This document shows positions 8,031 to 17,937 of a stretch of 26,895 nucleotides of DNA, piece after piece (positions within the stretch are counted from its first letter, which is position 1; each line of letters opens with the position of its first letter). The translations under genes were made by a program, and so were the position numbers. The stretch is from a virus (lineage: Duplodnaviria; Heunggongvirae; Uroviricota; Caudoviricetes). Below the pieces are notes generated by a model, which was not told where the DNA came from, searched no databases, and saw only the letters and a list, made by a program, of their open reading frames with translations. Location: IMG/VR virus record IMGVR_UViG_648276657_000007, positions 1 to 26,895 of that record. One strand, given 5' to 3'.

Positions 8031-8662
8031 AGAGGTCCCCCTGTTGTGCCGCCACTGTCGCCGGGGTGTTTATGGGTATGCAGTACCTTACCGTTTGATG
8101 AGAGTTCACCACCGGTATGTTCAATGTTGCCGTGCATCGTTCCGCCCTTCTGCACTTCCAGCGTGCCGGTAATCAGCCTGTTGGTGCAGACCACCTCCGG
8201 TGTGTCCAGGGTGACGCGGGTTGATGCTTTCACCATGACCACCGGCACCGTGGCAGTAACAGAATCAGAAGCCGTCACGCTGGCCGTTTTAATTCCGCTT
8301 ACCGTGAGTGCACTGGTTTCGGGTTCATACTCAATCACCGCCCCGTCAGGGAAACGGATATGCAGGGCATCCGCCGACGCAGACGGCGCGGGGTTATCGC
8401 CGGAATAAATCCCCGGCAGAACAAACGCCGTGTCAAGTTCACCGCCCACGGCCAGAATCAGCACCTGCTCCCCCACGGAAGGTGCCCACCATGTGCGCGA
8501 ACGCCCGGCACGACAGGTCAGCCACTGAAGCCAGTCGGTGCACATGCCGCCGGTCTGCACACGGCAGCGACCGGCTTTAAGGTTGGTTTCGACGACAAGG
8601 CCGGTGCGGATCATGTTGCGCAGTGCGCGCGCGAGTTCCTGGATATTTGCGAGAGTGTTCAT
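8027..8662 (-). CDS. V: Baseplate spike / central hub protein (P2 gpV-like)
   Basis: 211 aa; stop overlaps the W start (4-nt overlap); C-terminal HTHKHPGDSGGTTGGPL spike-tip-like motif. Confidence 0.9.
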   Translation of the reverse strand: MNTLANIQELARALRNMIRTGLVVETNLKAGRCRVQTGGMCTDWLQWLTCRAGRSRTWWAPSVGEQVLILAVGGELDTAFVLPGIYSGDNPAPSASADALHIRFPDGAVIEYEPETSALTVSGIKTASVTASDSVTATVPVVMVKASTRVTLDTPEVVCTNRLITGTLEVQKGGTMHGNIEHTGGELSSNGKVLHTHKHPGDSGGTTGGPL

Positions 8663-8728
8663 AACGGGAAGGATGCCGCCGGGTCATACCGGCGGCAATG
8701 TAACGATGAGGTGTCGGGAATGGCACAA

Positions 8729-9181
8729 CTAACGGTCGAGGTGAGCCAGGATAATCTCTTCAATCATCTGCACATCCTCACCGGTAAAGCCGAGCAGAGG
8801 ACGCGCCGGATAATCAATTTTCTTACCGTCTTTCCGGGTTTCTTCCGACAGGCCGAACTGATGCACGCTGGCGATTTTCGGTGACTTCCCGCCGTAAAAT
8901 TCCATTGATGCCTGTTCCGGGCTGGCGCGGATATGCAAAAAACGACTGGTGATAAGTTTCGCAAACATTTTTCGCTTAACACGACCGGTCTTTTTTCTGG
9001 CGCTCTGCTGCTGGCGTGGCGCGTAGGGTGTGCCGTCCGGGGCTTTCTGAGCCATCACCCGACGCTGCTGACTCTGCCGCAGACGTTTCGCCAGTTCGGC
9101 ACTCAGTCGCCGACGCCCTGACGGTGACAGCGATTCAATAAGTCCGGTCAGCCGGTCTTCAAAACGCTTAAACTCATTCAT
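8729..9181 (-). CDS. S: Tail completion / virion morphogenesis protein (P2 gpS-like)
   Basis: 150 aa; follows R with an 8-nt overlap. Confidence 0.85.
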   Translation of the reverse strand: MNEFKRFEDRLTGLIESLSPSGRRRLSAELAKRLRQSQQRRVMAQKAPDGTPYAPRQQQSARKKTGRVKRKMFAKLITSRFLHIRASPEQASMEFYGGKSPKIASVHQFGLSEETRKDGKKIDYPARPLLGFTGEDVQMIEEIILAHLDR

Positions 9182-9641
9182 CCCACTTGCTCACGAGTTC
9201 GCCATTGATATACAGCTCCATCGGTCGGGTAACCGGCTCCGGCGGCGGAGGTTCCGGGATATTCTTCACATGCAGCGCGCCGTCAACCTCACTGACCAGC
9301 GTGCGCTCGGTCAGCATCAGGCTGATGCTGATATCAAAGCTGCTGTCATTGTTGATGTCTGCATAAAACGTGAAGCCCTTTTTCTGGCCTTCGTCGGTGG
9401 TCATGATGTCGGGCTGATTTTCCCGCAGCCACGCCAGCACCGGCACAATGAGCAGGTCAAAATCACCGGTAAAGTCGGTCACAATCACATTGAGCGTGTA
9501 ACGCTTTTCGAATGACAGCGACGTCGCCAGTGTGGAGGCAATACTCCCGTTATCCACGAATATCCGCAGCATCTCTGGACTGGTTTTCAGCACCGTGACG
9601 GCATCAGTCAGCGCCCTGCGCAGGCTGTCGGGTTTGAGCAT
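9174..9641 (-). CDS. R: Tail completion protein (P2 gpR-like)
   Basis: 155 aa; position after the lysis cassette. Confidence 0.85.
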   Translation of the reverse strand: MLKPDSLRRALTDAVTVLKTSPEMLRIFVDNGSIASTLATSLSFEKRYTLNVIVTDFTGDFDLLIVPVLAWLRENQPDIMTTDEGQKKGFTFYADINNDSSFDISISLMLTERTLVSEVDGALHVKNIPEPPPPEPVTRPMELYINGELVSKWDE

Positions 9642-9894
9642 CGTTTTCGTCCTGACAGTGTTTAATCATTTTTACCTGGCTGGCACAGCGTGCCAGCGCG
9701 TTCTCAAGCTGCCGGATATCGGCACTTAAATCGCCGTTCGTCTCCGGGTCACTGCCCGGCATCGGGCAAAGACTCACTTTCGGGCAGGCGTTGTGGACAA
9801 TCACTGGCGTCAGTGCAGGCCGGGCGCTGGTGCAACCGGCGCACAGCATCAGGCAGGTCAGCACCGTACCAGCGGCGAAAATCCTCGTTTTCAT
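9604..9894 (-). CDS. lysC: Outer-membrane lipoprotein spanin (LysC, Rz1-like), nested out of frame in lysB
   Basis: Internal start MKTRIFAAGTVLTCLMLCAGC has a lipoprotein signal and lipobox (LCAGC); 96 aa; starts inside lysB and overlaps the R start. Confidence 0.7.
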   Translation of the reverse strand: MKTRIFAAGTVLTCLMLCAGCTSARPALTPVIVHNACPKVSLCPMPGSDPETNGDLSADIRQLENALARCASQVKMIKHCQDENDAQTRQPAQGAD

Positions 9895-10174
9895 TAAGTA
9901 ACCTCGTGATGGTTTTCTCGCGCTGTGCTTCACGCTTCGCAGCGTTCTCCAGCTCCTGACGCAGTGCCACCTGCGCCAGCTCGTTTTTGTCTGCCCTGGT
10001 GAGCGCAACATGAAGCTGATTTTTCAGCATGGTGATGGTCGTCTGCTGCCCACTGGCGACATTGTTTGCCCTGTCCAGCGAGGCGCGCAGGCTGGCGTTT
10101 TCATGCTTCGCCAGAAACAGCCCCGCCACCGCCAGTGATAACAACACAACCAGCACAATCATCAGCTTTGACAT
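9749..10174 (-). CDS. lysB: Inner-membrane spanin (LysB, Rz-like)
   Basis: 141 aa; N-terminal TM helix MSKLMIVLVVLLSLAVAGLFLA followed by a charged, coiled-coil-like region. Confidence 0.8.
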   Translation of the reverse strand: MSKLMIVLVVLLSLAVAGLFLAKHENASLRASLDRANNVASGQQTTITMLKNQLHVALTRADKNELAQVALRQELENAAKREAQREKTITRLLNENEDFRRWYGADLPDAVRRLHQRPACTDASDCPQRLPESESLPDAGQ

Positions 10175-10587
10175 GGTTCCCGCCCCTCAAAACGCTGACG
10201 GCAGGCCGTACGTATCAGCCGGAAGAACACCGACGCCACGAGGCAAATCAGCGCAGTAAAAATCCACCCGGCAGCAACCAGCGAGATAAACGTCGCCACC
10301 ATCACCACCAGAGCCGCTGCCCGCCTGCGCCACGGCACCGGCTGCAAAAACAGCGACGTGACAATCTTCACGGCCAGCGATTCCGGCGGCAGCTCCCGCC
10401 CGTAGCGTTCCAGCACATACTCAGTGGTATACACGCCGACACCACCGGCAACCACACAGATAACCGTCGCCAGAATCGCCCAGGCAGCGACAAAATTGAC
10501 GGCCACGCTCTGCGGGTAAATCAGGGACAGTGCCAGCATCAGCGCCAGCGACACGTTCAGCATCAGTGAAAGGGATAATTTCTTCAT
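10162..10587 (-). CDS. lysA: Lysis-timing membrane protein (LysA-like)
   Basis: 141 aa; multiple hydrophobic helices; lies between K and lysB. Confidence 0.8.
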   Translation of the reverse strand: MKKLSLSLMLNVSLALMLALSLIYPQSVAVNFVAAWAILATVICVVAGGVGVYTTEYVLERYGRELPPESLAVKIVTSLFLQPVPWRRRAAALVVMVATFISLVAAGWIFTALICLVASVFFRLIRTACRQRFEGREPCQS

Positions 10588-10601
10588 GGTGTTTACTCCG
10601 T

Positions 10602-11099
10602 TTAAGCCGGTACGCCGCCAGCGGTACGCCAGACGGTGACCAGTTTTTCCAGTGAATGCTCACGCTGACCGTAACCGGCACCCGGCAGGGACGCCCAGAT
10701 ATTGCGACAGCGTGAAATGGCGCGCTCAATGCGCCCTGCCCGGATGTCATCCAGCGCACCGCGTTCGCGGATCAACTGAATGGCGAGCCTGTCCTGTGAC
10801 AACGGACTGAAATCCGGCAGGGCAAGCTGTTTGCGGTAATGCGGCCAGAACAGGTAAAGCTGCTGATAGCGACCGGAGGCCGTGGATTTTTCACCGCGAC
10901 GGTTAAACACCTTCGCCGGTCGGCCATGTGCGAACGGGTGGTCACTGTAGTCGGTGAAAATTTCCGGCTTCCCGTCCAGTCCGGTGACTATCACGTCATA
11001 GCCACGGTTTTTCGTCAGCGGATGATTCGCCGTCCCTTCGGATACCGCCAGCATGTCGAGAAAGGCGGCGATATTCTGATGCGTGTTAATTACCGGCAT
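10602..11099 (-). CDS. K: Endolysin (P2 gpK-like lysozyme)
   Basis: 165 aa; LAVSEGT catalytic-Glu context; immediately follows the holin with ATGA overlap at 11099. Confidence 0.9.
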   Translation of the reverse strand: MPVINTHQNIAAFLDMLAVSEGTANHPLTKNRGYDVIVTGLDGKPEIFTDYSDHPFAHGRPAKVFNRRGEKSTASGRYQQLYLFWPHYRKQLALPDFSPLSQDRLAIQLIRERGALDDIRAGRIERAISRCRNIWASLPGAGYGQREHSLEKLVTVWRTAGGVPA

Positions 11100-11380
11100 T
11101 ACTGTTTCCCCCTGCCCTTAAAGCGACGCTGAATGGCAATCTCAATCACCTGATAACCGGCGATACCCAGCATGGAGCCGATGCCGCACACCGCAGGCAG
11201 TGACAGGTCAGGAAACTGCACCAGAACAACACCGGCAACCATCGAGACAAAACCACCGAGCAACATGCGTCCGATAAACAGACGCGGGGTGATGGGTTCA
11301 CCACCGGCAAGCACCTTGCCGACAACAATCAGCACCCCAATCATGAAAAGCGACAGGACGCTTTTTTCTTCTGCTGTCAT
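11099..11380 (-). CDS. Y: Holin (P2 gpY-like)
   Basis: 93 aa; hydrophobic helices and a charged C-terminus RRFKGRGKQ. Confidence 0.85.
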   Translation of the reverse strand: MTAEEKSVLSLFMIGVLIVVGKVLAGGEPITPRLFIGRMLLGGFVSMVAGVVLVQFPDLSLPAVCGIGSMLGIAGYQVIEIAIQRRFKGRGKQ

Positions 11381-11383
11381 GCG

Positions 11384-11587
11384 TTACTCCCACAGATTGA
11401 CAGTTTCAGCCACGGACGCGGTCTGAACGTCGGGCAGTTCGACGGCGGTGCCGTGTGGCAGCACCGCACCCAGTTCAGCCAGTCCCGGATTTGCGGCGAG
11501 CACGGCTTCGACCACGCCCTCAGTGCGCCCGTAATACCGGACACAAATGGCGTCGAGCGTGTCGCCCTGTAGCGCAAAGGTCTTCAT
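11384..11587 (-). CDS. X: Tail protein X (LysM-like, P2 gpX-like)
   Basis: Internal start MKTFALQGDTLDAICVRYYG... gives 67 aa; this ATG overlaps the L stop; the six-frame ORF is longer (90 aa). Confidence 0.75.
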   Translation of the reverse strand: MKTFALQGDTLDAICVRYYGRTEGVVEAVLAANPGLAELGAVLPHGTAVELPDVQTASVAETVNLWE

Positions 11588-12096
11588 CAGATTTGACTCA
11601 CGATGCAGCGCGGCTTGTCCTGGATACGCGCCACTGCCCAGCGCATATCCCGCCACAGCTCATCAATGGTGCTGTCAATGCTGTCGGCCTTCTTGTCGCC
11701 TTTCGCACTGGCATCCACACCGCGATAACGTTCATAAAGTGACGCTGTCGCCATCGCACACACGGCGCGCTCGTAGTAAAAAACTTTGATGCTTTCACCG
11801 TCGATGTCGTCCGCCGGGACGTCCGCCAGACGCGTAAAACCGGCGGCAATTTTCTGTTCGCGGTACTCGTACAGCTCCGCATTCGTCTCCGCCATGCCTG
11901 ACTTGATGGCCTCACGCAGACGGGCGGGGGCGACGGTCTGCTCAAGGCGCATACGTTCCCGGACGCGCTTCGGGTCGATATCGGGAAAAAAGAACGTGTT
12001 TTTAATCACCGGCTCGTCGCCTGCCGGTTGCGGGATGACCACCGTACCCTCACCGGACACGGGAGCCTCCTTTCGCGGAATAATCAGCGTCATCAT
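11587..12096 (-). CDS. L: Head completion / stabilisation protein (P2 gpL-like)
   Basis: Start chosen at MMTLIIPRKEA (169 aa), with SD GAGGT 4-5 nt upstream; the six-frame ORF extends 20 codons further. Confidence 0.8.
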   Translation of the reverse strand: MMTLIIPRKEAPVSGEGTVVIPQPAGDEPVIKNTFFFPDIDPKRVRERMRLEQTVAPARLREAIKSGMAETNAELYEYREQKIAAGFTRLADVPADDIDGESIKVFYYERAVCAMATASLYERYRGVDASAKGDKKADSIDSTIDELWRDMRWAVARIQDKPRCIVSQI

Positions 12097-12195
12097 GACT
12101 ACCTCTGAAAAGTCGGGCGGTGGACGCCGGTGCAGTGTCAGGTGATTCACCCTCACTGACCGGCGTGCCGCCCTGGCGCGGGGCGCATTCGGTTG

Positions 12196-12939
12196 TTAAC
12201 TGGCTTTCTTTTTCGGGCGTCCACGTTTTGCCGGTGTCGCACTCCGGGTCTTACGCGGGGCGCGGGTGGCCGCTTTTGGCTGCGGCTCCGGCTTCGGTTT
12301 CAGCTCCCGCTCCAGTCGTTCAATCTCTTTTTTGACGCCTGCCTGACAGTCGAGCTGTGTCGCACGTTGCAGGTGAGCCAGCGCACCGGCGGCATCACCA
12401 CCGTCACGCAGAAACAGACCGGTGATTTTGTGCAGCTTTGCGCGCACTTCATCAGGCATGTCTGCCGTGGCGGTCAGTTCAAGGGTTTCCGTCAGCAGGC
12501 GGGTATCCACAGATTCACCGGCAGCGTGGGCGCGCATGGCCGCGAGCGCGACCTCCTCGGTGAACATGTACGGCGGGGTGCGGCGGTGTTTACCCGGCAT
12601 GGTCAGACCGTACTTCAGGGCATAACGGGCAATCTCCAGCGCACCGGCAATATCTCCGGTATCCAGACGCCACAGCATGACCGTCATCAGAATGTCATCC
12701 TGTGCGCCTTTGCCCTGCTCCAGCACGCCGTTCACCCACGGCAACCAGAACGGCAGCAGTTCGCGTTTTTTCGCGGCCTTCAGCTCTTTTGAATAAATCG
12801 CTTTCAGTGTGCGCTGGTCTGCGGCCAGCTTGACCAGCATCTGCTCATAGACAGTTGCATGTCGCAGCGGGGCGGCTTCCCGCTGCGCGGTCATCGCTGC
12901 CGAGACCCGCATCATGTGGCGCTGTGCGGGACTCGTCAT
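12196..12939 (-). CDS. M: Terminase small (endonuclease) subunit (P2 gpM-like)
   Basis: 247 aa; basic C-terminal tail PRKTRSATPAKRGRPKKKAS; follows N. Confidence 0.9.
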   Translation of the reverse strand: MTSPAQRHMMRVSAAMTAQREAAPLRHATVYEQMLVKLAADQRTLKAIYSKELKAAKKRELLPFWLPWVNGVLEQGKGAQDDILMTVMLWRLDTGDIAGALEIARYALKYGLTMPGKHRRTPPYMFTEEVALAAMRAHAAGESVDTRLLTETLELTATADMPDEVRAKLHKITGLFLRDGGDAAGALAHLQRATQLDCQAGVKKEIERLERELKPKPEPQPKAATRAPRKTRSATPAKRGRPKKKAS

Positions 12940-12942
12940 CGG

Positions 12943-14016
12943 TTACGCTCCCGGCTCTGCGGTCGCCTTAGCCGGTGTGGAGAAGTCACCGACCTTGATT
13001 TTTTCCACCAGACAACCGGCGGCGTAGTCTTCCACCACGTAATCAATGTTCATTGACTCGTAGTTCTCCACGCGGTCGAGTTTCGGGTTTTCCTCAATCA
13101 CGCGGCGATGGCTGTCATCCATGTAGTAGATGGACAGGTTTTCCAGCTTCGTGATGAGCATCGCATCCGCCGGGAAGTACGGGACGCGTACCGCCGGCAG
13201 GTTACCGATGCGTTTCTGGCTGATGATGACGTCAGCGGCCAGCATTTCGCTGTTGTCCTGCTCCTTGTTGACGATGGGGAAATACTTGTCCGCCAGTAGC
13301 TGGCGACCCACAATCACCACAAGGTCAGGGTCTTCCTGATACCACGGTTCAATCAGGTTGTTGGTCGCATCCATCACCAGTGCATCAAGGCTGGCATAAT
13401 CACCGCCCTTGCCCACGCGGATAACCTCAGAGGTGGTGCGGCCTTCCTCGTCAGTGACCTTGCTCATCACGCGCGCCGGGGCTTCATTGCGGTATTTCTG
13501 CAGCCAGCCGACCGCCACATCCTGCAGCATCGGATTGCTGCTGCGGTCAGAGGTTTCGGCACGCTTCACGCCGTTAAAACCGGCCATGATGAAATCAAGG
13601 GACTGACGTTTGATAATGGCGTTACGGACACGGAGCTGGAAATCCTGATAACGCGCCCACAGGTCAAGCGTTTTGTAGCGGATATAAAAATCGAAGTTAA
13701 TCTGGTCGCATTCGTACTTGTTTGACGCCAGCTTCGAGAAGTCCTTCGGCTGACGCTCGGTGCCACCGGCAGTGTCGGTGGTGCTGGCGATGGAGCCGGT
13801 GACACCGATACCAATTTTTTCCCCTTTCATTTCGCTGACCGGCACAATGTTGATGCGGGTCAGAAAGTCAGAGGACTCCTGCATGGTGTTCATCAGGGTC
13901 TGGGTGACCGAAGGTTCAACGGTGAATTTTTTCGACACATCACCGGCGTCAATGCCGTTCAGTTCGGCAACACGGGACAGGTAGGCATTAAATTTAAAGC
14001 GGGTTTCCTGGCGCAT
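12943..14016 (-). CDS. N: Major capsid protein (P2 gpN-like)
   Basis: 357 aa; lies between scaffold O and M. Confidence 0.9.
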   Translation of the reverse strand: MRQETRFKFNAYLSRVAELNGIDAGDVSKKFTVEPSVTQTLMNTMQESSDFLTRINIVPVSEMKGEKIGIGVTGSIASTTDTAGGTERQPKDFSKLASNKYECDQINFDFYIRYKTLDLWARYQDFQLRVRNAIIKRQSLDFIMAGFNGVKRAETSDRSSNPMLQDVAVGWLQKYRNEAPARVMSKVTDEEGRTTSEVIRVGKGGDYASLDALVMDATNNLIEPWYQEDPDLVVIVGRQLLADKYFPIVNKEQDNSEMLAADVIISQKRIGNLPAVRVPYFPADAMLITKLENLSIYYMDDSHRRVIEENPKLDRVENYESMNIDYVVEDYAAGCLVEKIKVGDFSTPAKATAEPGA

Positions 14017-14074
14017 AGTTTTTCCTGAAATTAAGGGTTAATCGTGAAGGTTTTCCCGGACTGACTGACGCCGG

Positions 14075-14929
14075 TCAGCAGTTCGTCATCAGGGCGTCAC
14101 CGCCACCACCGGTGGCCTTGCTGCGGCGCTGCTGGGTCAGACTTTCGGTGTGGTCGAGACTGTTTTTCAGGCGGGTGAATGCCTGGCTGGTTTCATCCGC
14201 CCTGTCAGTCACCTCCTGCTTAAGTGCGGAAAAGGCGGTTTCCATCTCAGCGAGGCGCTGCTCAGTGGCGCTCAGTTTTTCCTGCACATGTTCAGCAACA
14301 GCGGTCACCGCTTCATGCACATCATTCAGACGGGCGTCATCGCTGGCCTGTTTGCGGCCAAAAATGGATTTCACCTTTTCGGTCAGGGCGGTGAACACGG
14401 TTTCAGGCAGGTCTTCAAATTCCAGCTCAACGGGCGTTGCCACTGAAATCAGGTTTTCAGGGCTTAATTTGAAGCGGTTCAGAGGGTTGTGTTTTGCCGT
14501 GCGGCAGAATTCCAGGTATTCCGTGCCGAGGCTTGCCGGGTCATCGGTGACGGCCAGCCCCACCAGATAACATTTGCCGGTGTTGGCAAAGTTCGGCTGA
14601 ATTTCCATTGAGGTGTAGACCTTCTGCGCGGCCTTGTTCATCGCGATAAGGTCATCGGTCGGGGTGATTTTCGCAAACAGCGCCCATTTGCCTTTCAGCG
14701 CCGAATCGTCATCAATCTTTTCGGCCTTCAGTTCGACCACATCGCCATAACGTTTAAAAATACCGTCAGGCAGGATGCCGCGCAGATGTTCCAGGTTAAT
14801 GCGGCAACCGTAGACACGCGGGTCAAAGGTTTCGGCCATTTCCTGAATATCCTGCGCACTGATGACACGCCCGTCACAGGTGTCACCCTCAACGCCGATA
14901 CGAAAGAATTTTGAGACTTTTTTTGCCAT
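14075..14929 (-). CDS. O: Capsid scaffolding protein (P2 gpO-like)
   Basis: Start chosen at MAKKVSKFFRIGVEG (284 aa); the six-frame ORF has a 22-codon upstream extension. Confidence 0.85.
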   Translation of the reverse strand: MAKKVSKFFRIGVEGDTCDGRVISAQDIQEMAETFDPRVYGCRINLEHLRGILPDGIFKRYGDVVELKAEKIDDDSALKGKWALFAKITPTDDLIAMNKAAQKVYTSMEIQPNFANTGKCYLVGLAVTDDPASLGTEYLEFCRTAKHNPLNRFKLSPENLISVATPVELEFEDLPETVFTALTEKVKSIFGRKQASDDARLNDVHEAVTAVAEHVQEKLSATEQRLAEMETAFSALKQEVTDRADETSQAFTRLKNSLDHTESLTQQRRSKATGGGGDALMTNC

Positions 14930-15102
14930 TGTCAGGAGTCCTGAATAGTGATTAGAGGAGTCACATGTCGGCATCAGTTTCCCGACGATGCGCATCCTCC
15001 GCCATCAGTCCCGGATGGCTTATCACTGACACAACAGCACCTTAGCGAATCGCGGGGCGCGACTCAGTAGCCTTGCCGTGTATTCATCACGGCGAGGTAT
15101 TC

Positions 15103-16875
15103 ATGACCATCACCACAGACACCACTCTTTTACACGACCCGCGTCGGCAGGCGGCGCTGCTGTACTGGCAGGGGTTTTCCGTGCCGCAGATTGCCGCCAT
15201 GTTGCAGATGAAACGCCCGACGGTGCAGAGCTGGAAACAGCGCGACGGCTGGGACAGCGTTGCCCCCATCAGCCGTGTCGAAATGAGCCTGGAAGCGCGG
15301 CTGACCCAGCTCATCATCAAACCGCAGAAAACCGGCGGTGACTTCAAGGAAATTGACCTGCTGGGACGCCAGATTGAACGACTGGCGCGGGTCAACCGCT
15401 ACAGTCAGACCGGCAACGAGGCAGACCTTAATCCGAACGTCGCTAACCGCAACAAAGGCGGGCGTCGCAAACCGAAAAAGAATTTTTTCAGTGACGAAGC
15501 CATCGAAAAGCTGGAGCAGATTTTCTTTGAGCAGTCTTTCGACTATCAGTTGCACTGGTATCGCGCCGGGCTTGAGCACCGCATCCGCGATATACTGAAA
15601 TCCCGCCAGATTGGCGCAACGTTTTATTTTTCCCGCGAGGCGCTGCTGCGCGCCCTGAAAACCGGCCATAACCAGATTTTTCTGTCGGCCAGTAAAACGC
15701 AGGCGTATGTGTTCCGCGAATACATCATCGCCTTTGCCCGTCTGGTTGACGTTGACCTGACCGGTGACCCGATTGTCCTGGGCAATAACGGCGCAAAACT
15801 AATTTTTCTCGGCACCAACTCCAACACCGCACAGAGCCATAACGGCGACCTGTACGTCGACGAGATTTTCTGGATCCCGAATTTTCAGGTACTGCGTAAG
15901 GTGGCATCAGGTATGGCCTCACAGAGTCACCTGCGTTCGACCTATTTCTCCACCCCGTCCACGCTGGCGCACGACGCCTACCCGTTCTGGTCAGGTGAAC
16001 TGTTCAACCGGGGACGCGCCAGCGCCGCCGAACGCGTGGAAATCGACGTCAGTCATAACGCCCTTGCCGGTGGGCTTCTCTGTGCGGACGGCCAGTGGCG
16101 GCAGATTGTCACCATTGAGGACGCCCTGAAAGGTGGCTGCACGCTGTTCGACATTGAGCAGCTCAAACGTGAAAACAGCGCCGACGATTTTAAAAACCTG
16201 TTCATGTGTGAATTTGTTGACGACAAGGCGTCGGTGTTCCCGTTCGAGGAGCTGCAACGCTGCATGGTCGACACGCTGGAAGAATGGGAAGACTATGCGC
16301 CGTTTGCCGCCAATCCGTTCGGCTCCCGCCCGGTATGGATTGGTTACGACCCGTCACACCGTGGCGACAGCGCCGGATGCGTGGTGCTGGCACCGCCGGT
16401 GGTGGCCGGTGGCAAATTCAGAATACTTGAGCGTCACCAGTGGAAAGGCATGGACTTTGCCACCCAGGCGGAATCCATCCGCAAACTCACCGAAAAATAT
16501 AACGTTGAATACATCGGGATTGATGCCACCGGCCTCGGTGTCGGCGTGTTCCAGCTCGTGCGCTCGTTCTATCCCGCCGCGCGCGATATCCGCTACACGC
16601 CGGAAATGAAAACCGCAATGGTGCTCAAGGCAAAAGACGTTATCCGCCGTGGCTGTCTGGAATATGACGTCAGCGCCACCGACATCACCAGCTCGTTCAT
16701 GGCTATCCGCAAGACCATGACCAGCAGCGGACGCAGCGCCACCTATGAGGCCAGCCGCAGCGAGGAAGCCAGCCACGCCGACCTCGCCTGGGCAACCATG
16801 CACGCCCTGTTAAATGAGCCACTCACCGCCGGTATCAGCACTCCGCTGACATCCACCATTCTGGAGTTTTACTGA
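15103..16875 (+). CDS. P: Terminase large (ATPase) subunit (P2 gpP-like)
   Basis: Start at MTITTDTTLLHDP with SD GAGG 5 nt upstream (590 aa); divergent from O; stop overlaps the Q start (TGATG). Confidence 0.9.
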   Translation: MTITTDTTLLHDPRRQAALLYWQGFSVPQIAAMLQMKRPTVQSWKQRDGWDSVAPISRVEMSLEARLTQLIIKPQKTGGDFKEIDLLGRQIERLARVNRYSQTGNEADLNPNVANRNKGGRRKPKKNFFSDEAIEKLEQIFFEQSFDYQLHWYRAGLEHRIRDILKSRQIGATFYFSREALLRALKTGHNQIFLSASKTQAYVFREYIIAFARLVDVDLTGDPIVLGNNGAKLIFLGTNSNTAQSHNGDLYVDEIFWIPNFQVLRKVASGMASQSHLRSTYFSTPSTLAHDAYPFWSGELFNRGRASAAERVEIDVSHNALAGGLLCADGQWRQIVTIEDALKGGCTLFDIEQLKRENSADDFKNLFMCEFVDDKASVFPFEELQRCMVDTLEEWEDYAPFAANPFGSRPVWIGYDPSHRGDSAGCVVLAPPVVAGGKFRILERHQWKGMDFATQAESIRKLTEKYNVEYIGIDATGLGVGVFQLVRSFYPAARDIRYTPEMKTAMVLKAKDVIRRGCLEYDVSATDITSSFMAIRKTMTSSGRSATYEASRSEEASHADLAWATMHALLNEPLTAGISTPLTSTILEFY

Positions 16876-17909
16876 TGAGCAAGAAAAAAGGGAAAACACC
16901 GCGACCTGCGGCAAAAACAATCACCGCCAGCGCCCCGAAAATGGAAGCATTCACCTTTGGCGAGCCGGTGCCGGTACTCGACCGCCGTGACATTCTGGAT
17001 TACGTCGAGTGCATCAGTAACGGCAGATGGTATGAGCCGCCGGTCAGCTTTACCGGTCTGGCAAAAAGCCTGCGTGCTGCCGTGCATCACAGCTCACCGA
17101 TTTACGTCAAACGTAATATTCTGGCTTCAACGTTTATCCCGCACCCGTGGCTTTCCCAGCAGGATTTCAGCCGTTTTGTGCTGGATTTTCTGGTGTTCGG
17201 TAATGCGTTTCTGGAAAAGCGTTACAGCACCACCGGTAAGGTCATCAGACTGGAAACCTCACCGGCAAAATATACCCGCCGTGGCGTGGAGGAGGATGTT
17301 TACTGGTGGGTGCCGTCCTTCAACGAGCCGACAGCCTTCACGCCCGGCTCCGTGTTTCACCTGCTGGAGCCGGATATTAATCAGGAGTTGTACGGCCTGC
17401 CGGAATATCTCAGCGCCCTTAATTCTGCCTGGCTGAATGAGTCGGCCACGCTGTTCCGCCGAAAGTATTACGAAAATGGCGCTCATGCCGGATACATCAT
17501 GTACGTCACCGATGCCGTGCAGGATCGCAACGATATCGAAATGCTTCGCGAAAACATGGTCAAGTCGAAAGGCCGCAACAACTTTAAAAACCTGTTTCTC
17601 TATGCCCCACAGGGGAAAGCCGACGGCATTAAAATTATCCCCCTCAGTGAAGTGGCGACGAAGGACGATTTTTTTAATATCAAAAAAGCCAGCGCCGCTG
17701 ACCTGCTGGACGCGCACCGCATCCCCTTTCAGTTGATGGGTGGCAAGCCGGAGAACGTCGGGTCGCTGGGTGATATTGAGAAAGTGGCAAAGGTCTTTGT
17801 CCGCAATGAGCTTATCCCGTTACAGGACAGGATCCGCGAGATAAACGGCTGGCTCGGTCAGGAGGTCATCCGCTTTAAAAACTACTCACTGGACACTGAC
17901 AACGACTGA
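16875..17909 (+). CDS. Q: Portal vertex protein (P2 gpQ-like)
   Basis: 344 aa; followed by an intrinsic terminator and the cos site. Confidence 0.9.
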   Translation: MSKKKGKTPRPAAKTITASAPKMEAFTFGEPVPVLDRRDILDYVECISNGRWYEPPVSFTGLAKSLRAAVHHSSPIYVKRNILASTFIPHPWLSQQDFSRFVLDFLVFGNAFLEKRYSTTGKVIRLETSPAKYTRRGVEEDVYWWVPSFNEPTAFTPGSVFHLLEPDINQELYGLPEYLSALNSAWLNESATLFRRKYYENGAHAGYIMYVTDAVQDRNDIEMLRENMVKSKGRNNFKNLFLYAPQGKADGIKIIPLSEVATKDDFFNIKKASAADLLDAHRIPFQLMGGKPENVGSLGDIEKVAKVFVRNELIPLQDRIREINGWLGQEVIRFKNYSLDTDND

Positions 17910-17915
17910 ACATCG

Positions 17916-17937
17916 CCGCCTGCGGGCGGCTTTTTTA
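17916..17937 (+). terminator. Rho-independent terminator of the P-Q operon
   Basis: GCCGCC-tgcg-GGCGGC stem-loop (6-bp GC stem, 4-nt loop) followed by TTTTTT, 7 nt after the Q stop. Confidence 0.75.

Noticed and set aside
14930-15102. Ogr-type late-promoter dyads (TGT-N12-ACA) in the divergent O/P intergenic region
   Set aside because: Only imperfect half-site combinations are present (for example TGG-N12-ACA near 15016-15033). Divergent late promoters are expected here from P2 biology, but I cannot place them from sequence alone.
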